From NCBI GenBank assembly GCA_049970635.1, contig JBMFMO010000002.1, positions 1-35,360 of the forward strand: a stretch of DNA of 35,360 nucleotides. The letters are read 5' to 3'. This document shows, piece by piece, positions 1 through 8,375 of this stretch (positions are counted from its first letter, which is position 1; the number at the start of each line of letters is the position of its first letter). The DNA comes from Minisyncoccia bacterium (GTDB taxonomy: Bacteria; Patescibacteriota; Minisyncoccia; UBA6257; HR35). The notes beneath the pieces are model-generated. The model ran no database searches and was not told the DNA's origin. It saw only the letters and a list, made by a program, of their open reading frames with translations. Made by a program: the position numbers and the translations under genes.

Positions 1-71
1 TTTTCTTAATAATTGATTTATTGTTGGCATTATAATATAATTTTAATATAATTTTAAAAAATCTAACTGAA

Positions 72-137
72 CACAGACAGCACAGGCTTACGCAGAAAAC
101 ACAGAAAATATTTCTGCAAATTCTGTTTTAAATGCAG
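72..137. repeat. Phased CRCAG word cluster upstream of tRNA-Phe
   Basis: cacag at 72, 81 and 100 and cgcag at 91, giving 9-10 nt phasing. Inverted ctgc/tctg/tgcag words follow at 113-137. These are GC-containing words in an AT-rich spacer. Confidence 0.35.
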
Positions 138-181
138 GATAAAGATTTTGTTATATAATATTATAAGATAATTATATCATA

Positions 182-253
182 GCCTGGGTAGCTCAGTGGT
201 AGAGCGCTTGCCTGAAGAGCAAGGCGTCGGGGGTTCGATTCCCTCCCCAGGCA
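182..253 (+). tRNA. tRNA-Phe (anticodon GAA)
   Basis: Hand-folded 72-nt cloverleaf. Acceptor GCCTGGG/CCCAGGC, D arm GCTC/GAGC, anticodon stem CTTGC/GCAAG with loop CTGAAGA, T arm GGGGG-TTCGATT-CCCTC, discriminator A. No encoded CCA. Confidence 0.93.
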
Positions 254-255
254 CA

Positions 256-466
256 ACCGCGGATAATTTTATAGCCGCTGATTAACGCGGATTATTTTAG
301 AACCGCGGATTTACGCTGATAGTAATAAGCCGCGGATAGACGCTGATAAATTTATAACCACGGATGAACGCGGATGAATTTAGAACCGCGGACGAACGCT
401 GATAAATAAAAACCGCGGATAAACGCGGATTTATTTTCAGCCGCGGATGAACGCGGATTATTTATT
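256..466. repeat. About 28-bp tandem array, 7.5 units, each with two CGC(G/T)GAT half-sites
   Basis: CGCKGAT words start at 258, 276, 286, 304, 314, 331, 341, 359, 369, 387, 397, 414, 424, 442 and 452. Spacings alternate strictly between 10 and 17-18 nt. The array starts 3 nt after the tRNA-Phe 3' end. In several units CCGCG..CGCGG can form a 5-bp hairpin. Confidence 0.9.
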
Positions 467-510
467 CGTGATCCATTCGTGTAATCTATTCGTGAATAAT
501 TCGTGTAATA
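464..510. repeat. ATTCGTG word array, 4 copies as 2 x 24 bp
   Basis: attcgtg occurs with its cgtg core at 467, 478, 491 and 502 (spacing 11, 13, 11). It continues directly from the 28-bp array and ends just before the rpmG stop codon. Confidence 0.8.
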
Positions 511-516
511 TAAATT

Positions 517-678
517 TTATCTTCTTGATTCTTTATGTTTTGTGTGTTTTTTGCACCACTTACAAAATTTTTTTAATTCAAGTTTTTTTTCACTTCCCTT
601 TTTCTTCCAAATAAAATAATTTACATGATTGCATTCACTACACTTTAATCTTATTAAATTTCTTTTTTTAACTGCCAT
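517..678 (-). CDS. rpmG: 50S ribosomal protein L33, C4 zinc-ribbon form
   Basis: Hand translation gives 53 aa: MAVKKRNLIRLKCSECNHVNYFIWKKKGSEKKLELKKFCKWCKKHTKHKESRR. This shows the typical L33 pattern with CxxC...CxxC. It is below the size cut-off of the supplied ORF track. Confidence 0.88.
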   Translation of the reverse strand: MAVKKRNLIRLKCSECNHVNYFIWKKKGSEKKLELKKFCKWCKKHTKHKESRR

Positions 679-693
679 TTTTTAATTTTAATC
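642..693. repeat. Direct repeat copy A, the functional rpmG 5' end plus upstream spacer
   Basis: The 52 nt at 642-693 match 916-966 except for one T in a homopolymer (7 T versus 6 T). Confidence 0.95.
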
Positions 694-915
694 TTATTAA
701 TATATTCTATTTAAAAAAATGATTTAAAAATCTTTGTTTTTGAATAAATTTTCATTTTAACAAGGGCCAGAAGATCAATTCATTATCTGCTGTTAATTGA
801 AGCCTTCCCCAGGGTTTGTGTTGAAAAATAATAGGTAAATCTAGATATCAAAAAATGCTTATAAAATCTTGTTTTTGTTAATTCCGACGTTTTTATTTAA
901 AATTTTTATTACAAA

Positions 916-966
916 ACTTTAATCTTATTAAATTTCTTTTTTAACTGCCATTTTTTAATTTTAATC
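916..966. repeat. Direct repeat copy B, abutting and overlapping the murA stop
   Basis: These 51 nt match 642-693. They include the last murA codon plus stop (gat taa on the minus strand), a 9-nt spacer and the first codons of rpmG. Confidence 0.95.
928..951 (-). pseudogene. Truncated, frameshifted duplicate of the rpmG start (MAVKKEI*)
   Basis: ATG at 951-949 is followed by the same codons as rpmG. One fewer A in the A-run shifts the frame into a TAA at 930-928. Confidence 0.8.
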
Positions 967-2211
967 AAATCTTTGGATTTTTGCTCCTAATTTTTTTAAT
1001 CTTTCTTCAATTTTTTCATAACCCCTATCAATTTTTTCTGCTTCTTGGATAATTGTTTCACCACTTGCAACTAATCCTGCAATTATTAATGCTATTCCAC
1101 TTCTTATATCTAAAGATTTTACCTCCTTTCCTTTTAATGGTGTTGGTCCTATAAATATTGCTCTATGTGGGTCTAAAATCTCTGCATTTGCTCCCATATA
1201 TATAAGCTCATTAACATAAGAAAATCTATTTTCATATAACCAATCATGAATTAATGTTACTCCTTTTGCTTGTGTTGCTAAAACACCAAATGGTGGCTGC
1301 ATATCTGTTGGGAATTTTGGATGAAGCCCTGTTTGAATCTTTGTACCTACAATATCTGATGGAAAAACTTTTAAAGAATTTTTTCCCAATTCATATTTTA
1401 TTTTCATTTCATCCATTAATATAAAAAGTGCATCTAAATCTTCTTCTTTTATATCTAAAATCTCTATCCTACTTCTTGTTGCTGCTGCTAATGCTACAAA
1501 TGTTCCTGTTTCAATTTGATCTGGTGGGATTTTAAATCTTATATTCCTTTTTATCTTTTCTCTTCCTTCTATTTCTAAAAAATGTGTGCCTATACCTTTT
1601 ATTTTAACTCCTAATAATTTTAAAAACAAGCATAAACTAACAACATGGGGTTCTATTGCTGCAAGCCTTATTTTAACCCTTTTAGGAATCAATGATAAAA
1701 ATAAAAGAAGGGTTTCTGTTGCTGTAACACTTATCTCTTTTAATCTTACTTCATAAGATTTCAATTTTCCAAATCTTCCTTCTAATGCTTCATTTGTTTT
1801 TATCTCGCAGCCTAAATTTTTTAATGTGTTAATGTGAACATCTATCGGCCTTGCCCCTATTATATCTCCTCCTGGTCTAAACATCTTAACTTTCTTAAAT
1901 AATGCTAACATTGGCCCCAAAAATAAAATTGATGCCCTAAGTTTTCTAAATGCATCGATCCTACAATCTTCATAATGAACCTTTTCAGAATTAATAATTA
2001 AACTATTATTTTGCCATTCAATTTCAGCACCTAAATGTTTTAATATCTCTATAATAACAAAGACATCAGCAATTTTAGGTACATTATCTAATATTGTCCT
2101 TCCCTTATTTAAAATTGATCCAACAAGTATAGGAAGTACAGCATTTTTAGAGCCTCCAACCTTTATTTTCCCAGATAATTTTTTACCACCTTCTATTAAA
2201 AAATATCCCAT
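961..2211 (-). CDS. murA: UDP-N-acetylglucosamine 1-carboxyvinyltransferase
   Basis: 416-aa ORF. N-terminal GGSKNAVLPIL, HPKFPTDMQ and IDRGYEKIEERL blocks align with E. coli MurA. The active-site loop reads RPGGDIIGARPIDVH. Confidence 0.93.
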   Translation of the reverse strand: MGYFLIEGGKKLSGKIKVGGSKNAVLPILVGSILNKGRTILDNVPKIADVFVIIEILKHLGAEIEWQNNSLIINSEKVHYEDCRIDAFRKLRASILFLGPMLALFKKVKMFRPGGDIIGARPIDVHINTLKNLGCEIKTNEALEGRFGKLKSYEVRLKEISVTATETLLLFLSLIPKRVKIRLAAIEPHVVSLCLFLKLLGVKIKGIGTHFLEIEGREKIKRNIRFKIPPDQIETGTFVALAAATRSRIEILDIKEEDLDALFILMDEMKIKYELGKNSLKVFPSDIVGTKIQTGLHPKFPTDMQPPFGVLATQAKGVTLIHDWLYENRFSYVNELIYMGANAEILDPHRAIFIGPTPLKGKEVKSLDIRSGIALIIAGLVASGETIIQEAEKIDRGYEKIEERLKKLGAKIQRFD

Positions 2212-2212
2212 C

Positions 2213-3262
2213 TTAAATAAATTTATCTAATATAAAAATTATAATACCCAAAACTGCTCCTGCGATATTCAATATCCAAAATTTAAAAACTATATTTGAT
2301 TCATGCATCCCTAATGCTTCAAAATGATGATGAATAGGTGTTGATAAAAATATCTTCTTTTTAAATATTTTTTTTGATAAAACTTGTAAAATCACAGAGC
2401 CCGATTCTAAAACAAAGATTGGTGCTATTATAGGGATTAAAAAATATGTTCCTTCTAATAAAGAAACAATTGCTATATAACTTCCTAATGCCATAGATCC
2501 TGTATCTCCCATAAAAATCTTTGCTGGATAAACATTGAACCATAAAAAGCATAAGATAGAGCCTATAACTATTGCTGATAAAGCTGTTAAGTTATAATCA
2601 CCATTTAAAAATGAAAAGACCATTAAAGCAAAGATTATTGATATAGAAACTCCAGCTAATAAACCATCAAGGCCATCTGTCTCATTTGCTGAAAAACTTA
2701 CACTTATTATATAAAAGATCAAGAATAATAGAATTAAAAAGAAATTTAAATATGTCCTTCCCAAAAATGGAATATACAAAAATCTAATCCCTAATTTAAC
2801 CATAAACCACCAGCTTACTAAAATAGAAAAAGCAAAATATATTATCAATTTATCTTTAATCCTTAAGCCTTTAAAATTTCTTATCTTTAACATTCCCAAC
2901 AAATCATCAATTAATCCAATTAAGCCACCCAAAATCATAAATCCTAATGGTAAATATGTTTCTCTTTTATTTAAAAAATTTATCCAATTTGCAAATTGTT
3001 TATCAAAAACAGATATTATTATAACCAAAAGTAAAAAGACAATAGGAGTAAGCCAAAATATTATCCCTCCCATTGTTGGTGTTCCCTCCTTCTTTTTGTG
3101 TAAACTTTGAAATATTGGGGATGATTCTTTATTTATTACTTTACTTAAATTTAATTTAAATAACAGACTTAGAAGAAAAGGAAAGATAGATAAGGAAATC
3201 AAAAAACTCACTAGCCCTAAAAAGCAGATTTTTATAATATTTAAAAATATCTCATTCGCCAT
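2213..3262 (-). CDS. mraY: Phospho-N-acetylmuramoyl-pentapeptide transferase
   Basis: 349-aa polytopic membrane ORF with IDDLLG, NETDGLDGL and C-terminal PIHHHFE motifs. Confidence 0.92.
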   Translation of the reverse strand: MANEIFLNIIKICFLGLVSFLISLSIFPFLLSLLFKLNLSKVINKESSPIFQSLHKKKEGTPTMGGIIFWLTPIVFLLLVIIISVFDKQFANWINFLNKRETYLPLGFMILGGLIGLIDDLLGMLKIRNFKGLRIKDKLIIYFAFSILVSWWFMVKLGIRFLYIPFLGRTYLNFFLILLFLIFYIISVSFSANETDGLDGLLAGVSISIIFALMVFSFLNGDYNLTALSAIVIGSILCFLWFNVYPAKIFMGDTGSMALGSYIAIVSLLEGTYFLIPIIAPIFVLESGSVILQVLSKKIFKKKIFLSTPIHHHFEALGMHESNIVFKFWILNIAGAVLGIIIFILDKFI

Positions 3263-4109
3263 AATATTTTTTCAATTTTGATAATAAGTATTCCGCATCT
3301 TTAAATCTATCTTCTGAACCAAGCAATCCTAAAAAAATTATTGGAGATTTTTTAAATTTAAGGATAAGCAAAAGACATTCTTTAGCATCATCAGTAGAAC
3401 CAGTTTTTGAACCAAGTATATAATCTTTATAATATGGAAGAAGGTAGTTCAAGTTATAAACTCTTCTATAATATGATTTTTTAATATCTACATATGGTAA
3501 AATTGAATATTTAAAAATCTCTGGATAGTTTTTTAAAATGTATTCTGAGAGTTCATATAAATCATTTAAATTTGACCTATTATTTTTATCAAGGCCCACA
3601 GGGTCAACAAAATAAGAATTTTTCAATCCTATTTCCTTTGCCCTCTCATTCATTTTATTTACAAAATTCTCAACTCCAATCTTATAAGCCAGTGCATAAC
3701 CAGCTTTATTTGATGATGCTGTTAATAAAATTTTTATCAACTCATCTCTAAAAAATTTTTCTCCTTCTACGAATCCCCCACTTTCTCCATTGTATTTTAA
3801 GATCTCTTTATTTATGATGAAGGTATCATTATCTTTATAATTTTCAAATGATATAATGGCTGTTAATAGCTTTGTCAAAGATGCTATAGGCCTTATTTCC
3901 TCTGAATTTTTTCCAAAAATTTCATCTCCATCTATCTCTTTTATTAAAACACTTTTGGCACTTATAAGATTTTTATCAATATTTAAATTTTCAATTTTCC
4001 TATAATTTAAAATTATTTCTTGATTTTCATTTTTCAAATTAAAATTTAGAATATTTGCTGGTTGGGCTATGCTTTTTAAAAATTCTAAAAATGCAATAAT
4101 TTCAAGCAT
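3252..4109 (-). CDS. D-alanyl-D-alanine carboxypeptidase (S11, PBP5-like)
   Basis: SxxK (SLTK), SxN (SSN) and KTG (KTGS) motifs occur in the correct order and spacing. The ORF overlaps the mraY start by 11 nt. Confidence 0.8.
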   Translation of the reverse strand: MLEIIAFLEFLKSIAQPANILNFNLKNENQEIILNYRKIENLNIDKNLISAKSVLIKEIDGDEIFGKNSEEIRPIASLTKLLTAIISFENYKDNDTFIINKEILKYNGESGGFVEGEKFFRDELIKILLTASSNKAGYALAYKIGVENFVNKMNERAKEIGLKNSYFVDPVGLDKNNRSNLNDLYELSEYILKNYPEIFKYSILPYVDIKKSYYRRVYNLNYLLPYYKDYILGSKTGSTDDAKECLLLILKFKKSPIIFLGLLGSEDRFKDAEYLLSKLKKYYGE

Positions 4110-4134
4110 ATTAGAATAATTTTAAAATATTTTT

Positions 4135-4503
4135 ATGAGAAGAGTAAAAAATAGATCATTAAAAGGAAAAAAATTGGAAAAGGAATTTTCTAGAATAATT
4201 CAGGATTTATTTAAATCAGCAGCAACAGAATTAAAGCCAAGGATAATTAACCTACCCAAAGATTTTTGGGGACTGTTTGATGGATTAACCTTTATCAAAT
4301 CAAAGAAAAAATTTATATTTTGGCAAATAAAAAGTAAAAGATTAACAAAGAAAGAAAGAGAAGATTTTTGGAAAAAGGCAAAAATTTTTGGAAATAAAAA
4401 AATATTAATCTTGCTCATAGAAAAAGCTAACAATGAATGGAAAATCTTTACAAATGAAAAAAGATATTATAACAATCTAAATTCTCTTAAAAATATAATT
4501 TAG
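4135..4503 (+). CDS. Hypothetical protein, possible PD-(D/E)xK nuclease fold (Hjc-like)
   Basis: 122-aa basic ORF. KGKKLEKEF ... FDGLTF ... FWQIKSK resembles the G..E / D / (E/Q)xK arrangement of Hjc-type resolvases. This is weak motif-level evidence only. Confidence 0.4.
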   Translation: MRRVKNRSLKGKKLEKEFSRIIQDLFKSAATELKPRIINLPKDFWGLFDGLTFIKSKKKFIFWQIKSKRLTKKEREDFWKKAKIFGNKKILILLIEKANNEWKIFTNEKRYYNNLNSLKNII

Positions 4504-4504
4504 T

Positions 4505-4774
4505 TTATTTTCCCCCTTTTGTTTGAACCTTCAATGATATAGCAGCACCCAATGCACCACCAATGCTTTTAAGAATCTGTCTTACAGCATTAACAGTTTG
4601 TCCTTTTCTTCCTATAACAAGAGATAAAACTTCCTGCGGTCCGTTAATTTCAACCAAAACACCTCTTTCATCAATCTTTGCATCTATATCAAGCTTATTT
4701 ACTTTTTCCTCATCAATCCACAAAGAGAAAAGTTTCTTTATCCTAGATTTTATTTCTTCTAATTTCTCTGACAT
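4505..4774 (-). CDS. khpA: KH-domain RNA-binding protein (KhpA/YlqC-like)
   Basis: 89 aa with a VIGRKGQTVNAVRQIL GxxG loop, typical of the small UPF0109 KH proteins. Confidence 0.7.
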   Translation of the reverse strand: MSEKLEEIKSRIKKLFSLWIDEEKVNKLDIDAKIDERGVLVEINGPQEVLSLVIGRKGQTVNAVRQILKSIGGALGAAISLKVQTKGGK

Positions 4775-4832
4775 AAAAATAAAAAACTTAATTATCGACC
4801 ATTTCTTTAAATTCTATTATATTTTACCATAA

Positions 4833-7800
4833 TTAATCTATTACTGGATATCTAAAATTACTTCCTATAAATGGCTTTCTACCTAATATTATATTCTCTT
4901 TTAACCCTCTTAATGGATCTTCCTTGCATTCTAAAGCAGATCTTGTGAGAACCCTCGCAACTTCTTGGAAAGATGCAGCAGATAAGAAACTATATGCATT
5001 TAAGGCAACCCTAGTTATTCCTGTCAATAAAACAACCCCCTTTGCTGTTTTTTTATTCATCTCCCTTAATTTTCGATTTTTATATATTAATATATCTTTT
5101 TCAATTATATCACCATAAACAAAATCACTGTCTCCAACTTCTTTTATCTTTGCTAAAGAGAACATCTTTCTAATTATTATCTCTAAATGCTTATCGTGAA
5201 TCTCTGCTCCTTGGAAATTATAAACCTTTTTTATTTCATTTAATATATACTTAAATGCTTCAATTTTCCCAAGGTGCATATATATTTCTTTCGGATCCTT
5301 TGCACCAGTATTTAATGCTTCTCCTTTTGCTACCTTATCTCCTTTTTTCTTTAATAAAGTTAAAGATTTTGGCACATGCTTTGTTATCTTTTTTCTTCCT
5401 CTTATAACTACCTTCCAATATTTTGGTGTTTCTTCAATGTTTTCTATAACTCCATTAATAGGAGATAAAATAGCTTCTAATTTAGGTTTTCTTGCTTCAA
5501 GTAATTCATCAACTCTTGGAACTCCTTGTGTAATATCTGCAGCACCAGCAACACCACCAACATGGAATGTTCTTAATGTTAATTGCGTTGCTGGTTCTCC
5601 TATTGATTGTGCAGCTACTATACCAACTGCTTCTCCAATTTTTATAGGCTTATTATATGCTAAATCAAATCCATAACATTTTGCACACACTCCAAATAAT
5701 GATTTACATGTAAATGGAGATCTTACCCTCAAAGAATCAATTCCCATCTCATCTAATTTTTTAGCAATATCTCTTGTTATATAATCACCCTCCTTAACTA
5801 TAATATTATTATTTTTATCTTTTACTGTTTCTAATGATACTCTTGAAAATATCTTGTTGCTAAATGGTTCATTTGTTTCTTCTGCTTCTTTTCTTGTTAT
5901 AATTATTCCTTCTTTATCACCACAATCTTCTTCTACAACAATTACATCATGAGCAACATCAATCATTCTTCTTGTTAAATATCCTGCTTTTGATGTTTTA
6001 AGAGCAGTATCTGAAGCCCCTTTTCTTGCACCATGAGCACTAATGAAATATTCTAATCCTGTTAAACCTTCTTGATATGAATGAATAATTGGAAGCTCAA
6101 TTGTTTCTCCTTTAGGATTTTCCACTAACCCTTTCATACCGCTCATTTGTATAAGCTGTGTCATTGATCCCCTTGCTCCAGAATCTATCATTAATTTAGC
6201 TGGTTGTTCTTCTTTTAAGTTTTCTTTAACCTTATCAGAAACATTTTTAGTAATCTTCATCCAGTTTTCTACAATAAGCATTTTAAACTCTTCATCACTT
6301 AATAATTCTGATTCATATGCTTTTCTTAATTCCTCATCTTTCTTCCTTGCTTCTTCTATAAATTTCTCTTTTTCTTTTGGAACTTCTAAGTCTGAAAAAC
6401 TCCAAGATATCCCAGAAATTGTAACATACTCAAATCCTAAATCTTTAATCTTATCAAGAATAATTGATGTTCTTTCATCTCCATATTTAACATATATATC
6501 CTCAACAATCTTTGTCATTAGTTTTTTATTTATCCTTTCATTAATATAAGGGTAATCTTTTGGTAAGGCTTCATTAAAGATTATTCTTCCAACAGATGTT
6601 TTTACATCCTTTTCGTTTTTACAATTTTTAACAAGGATCTCTGCTTGTAAATCTATAATACCAAATTCATATAATATTTTTGCCTCTTTTTCATCATAAA
6701 CTACTCTTCCTTCTCCCCTTTTACCTTTTATGATCTGTGTTAAATAATAACAACCTAAAATTATATCTTTTGTAGGAACAGTTATTGCTTCTCCAGTTCC
6801 TGGTTTCAAATGATTTTTACTAGCACTAATAATTTCTCTTGCTTCTTTTTGTGCTTCTTCTGATAAGGGCAAAAATACAGCCATTTGATCACCATCGAAA
6901 TCAGCATTAAATGCTGTGCAAACCAATGGATGTAATCTTATACATAATCCTTCAACTAATTTTGGTTTAAATGCTTGAATACTTAATCTATGTAATGTTG
7001 GTGCCCTATTTAAAAGAACATATTTATCTTTTATTATATTATCTAAAATTTCTATAACTTCTGGTTCTTCTGATTCTATAAGGTAGTTTGCTTGTTTAAC
7101 TGTTGATGCTAATTCTTTCTTTAAAAGCTCGTGGATTATAAATGGTTTAAATATCTCTAATGCTATCCTTTTTGGTAATCCGCATTCATCAATTCTTAAT
7201 TCTGGACCAATTGCTATAACTGCTCTTCCTGAATAATCAACCCTTTTTCCTAAAAGATTTTGCCTAAATCTCCCCTGTTTTCCTCTTAGCATATCAGCAA
7301 GTGATTTCATAACCTTTCTTTGCCCAACAATAAGCCTTTCTTTTCTCAATGTATTATCCAATAGAGCATCAACAGCTTCTTGAAGCATTCTCTTTTCATT
7401 TCTTATTATTATTTCAGGAGCTCTTATTTCTAAAAGTTTTTTTAATCTATTATTTCTATTTATAACTCTTCTATATAAATCATTTAAATCAGAAGATACA
7501 AATTTACCACCTTCCAATTGAACAATGGGTCTTAAATCAGGAGGAATAACAGGTAATATTGTCAAGATCATCCATTCCGGCCTTCTATTATTTTTTATAA
7601 ATGCATCTATAAATTTTAATTTTAAAGATAATCTTTTTTTCTCTATCCCCTTTGCTTTTTTAATCTTTATAGAGATTTCTTTCTTCATCTTTTCCAAATC
7701 AATCTCTTCTAAAAACCTTCTAATAGGCTCTGCCCCTATTCCAACCTCAAATATATTTGGGAACCTTCTTGAAAGCATATAGTATTCAACATCTGATAAA

Positions 7801-8375
7801 ACTTTTTTAGGAGCAATTCCATTTAATTCTTCTTTTATCTTTTTAAATGTTTGACTTATCTCCCTTTTTGTTTCTCTATCCTCTGCTTCCTTTATCTTTT
7901 CTCTATATTCTTTCTCTAAATTTTTTAATAGTTTTTCTTTTTCTTTTTCATTAACTTTTGTTATTATATAAGCTGAATAATAAATTACTTTTTCTAATTG
8001 ATATCTTGGAATATCGAGAATTAAAGAAAGCGGGTATGGATAAACCTTTAAATACCAAATATGTGACATTGGTGCTGCTAAAAATATATGCCCCATTCTT
8101 TCCCTTCTAACAATAGAACGAGTCACTTCAACGCCGCACCTATCACAAATTAAACCTGAAAATTGCTGACCTTTATATTTTCCACAAGAACATTCAAAGT
8201 TTTTTATAGGCCCAAAAATTACCTCAGAAAACAAACCATCTCTATCAGGTTTTCCTGTTCTATAATTAATTGTCTCTGGCTTTGTAACTTCGCCTCTTGA
8301 CCAATTTAAAATCTCTTCAGGAGATGCTAATTTTATAACTATTGATTTAATTTCTTCTTGAGATAATAATTTCAT
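4833..8375 (-). CDS. rpoC: DNA-directed RNA polymerase subunit beta-prime
   Basis: 1180 aa. It has an N-terminal zinc-binding Cys cluster, the NADFDGDQM catalytic motif, and bridge-helix and trigger-loop blocks. Its ATG overlaps the rpoB TGA (ATGA at 8372-8375). Confidence 0.98.
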   Translation of the reverse strand: MKLLSQEEIKSIVIKLASPEEILNWSRGEVTKPETINYRTGKPDRDGLFSEVIFGPIKNFECSCGKYKGQQFSGLICDRCGVEVTRSIVRRERMGHIFLAAPMSHIWYLKVYPYPLSLILDIPRYQLEKVIYYSAYIITKVNEKEKEKLLKNLEKEYREKIKEAEDRETKREISQTFKKIKEELNGIAPKKVLSDVEYYMLSRRFPNIFEVGIGAEPIRRFLEEIDLEKMKKEISIKIKKAKGIEKKRLSLKLKFIDAFIKNNRRPEWMILTILPVIPPDLRPIVQLEGGKFVSSDLNDLYRRVINRNNRLKKLLEIRAPEIIIRNEKRMLQEAVDALLDNTLRKERLIVGQRKVMKSLADMLRGKQGRFRQNLLGKRVDYSGRAVIAIGPELRIDECGLPKRIALEIFKPFIIHELLKKELASTVKQANYLIESEEPEVIEILDNIIKDKYVLLNRAPTLHRLSIQAFKPKLVEGLCIRLHPLVCTAFNADFDGDQMAVFLPLSEEAQKEAREIISASKNHLKPGTGEAITVPTKDIILGCYYLTQIIKGKRGEGRVVYDEKEAKILYEFGIIDLQAEILVKNCKNEKDVKTSVGRIIFNEALPKDYPYINERINKKLMTKIVEDIYVKYGDERTSIILDKIKDLGFEYVTISGISWSFSDLEVPKEKEKFIEEARKKDEELRKAYESELLSDEEFKMLIVENWMKITKNVSDKVKENLKEEQPAKLMIDSGARGSMTQLIQMSGMKGLVENPKGETIELPIIHSYQEGLTGLEYFISAHGARKGASDTALKTSKAGYLTRRMIDVAHDVIVVEEDCGDKEGIIITRKEAEETNEPFSNKIFSRVSLETVKDKNNNIIVKEGDYITRDIAKKLDEMGIDSLRVRSPFTCKSLFGVCAKCYGFDLAYNKPIKIGEAVGIVAAQSIGEPATQLTLRTFHVGGVAGAADITQGVPRVDELLEARKPKLEAILSPINGVIENIEETPKYWKVVIRGRKKITKHVPKSLTLLKKKGDKVAKGEALNTGAKDPKEIYMHLGKIEAFKYILNEIKKVYNFQGAEIHDKHLEIIIRKMFSLAKIKEVGDSDFVYGDIIEKDILIYKNRKLREMNKKTAKGVVLLTGITRVALNAYSFLSAASFQEVARVLTRSALECKEDPLRGLKENIILGRKPFIGSNFRYPVID

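Noticed and set aside
256-466. The 28-bp repeat array as a CRISPR array
   Set aside because: The units are directly tandem with no unique spacers. They are internally bipartite and degenerate, and no cas genes are present.
256-510. The array as a DnaA-box cluster or oriC
   Set aside because: The words CGCGGATAA and CGTGAATAA are only two transitions from TGTGGATAA, which is tempting. However, the flanking genes converge on the array rather than diverge from it. The highly expressed minus-strand operons to its right would be head-on to forks leaving this site. No dnaA or dnaN is nearby. The idea cannot be supported without a genome-wide GC-skew analysis.
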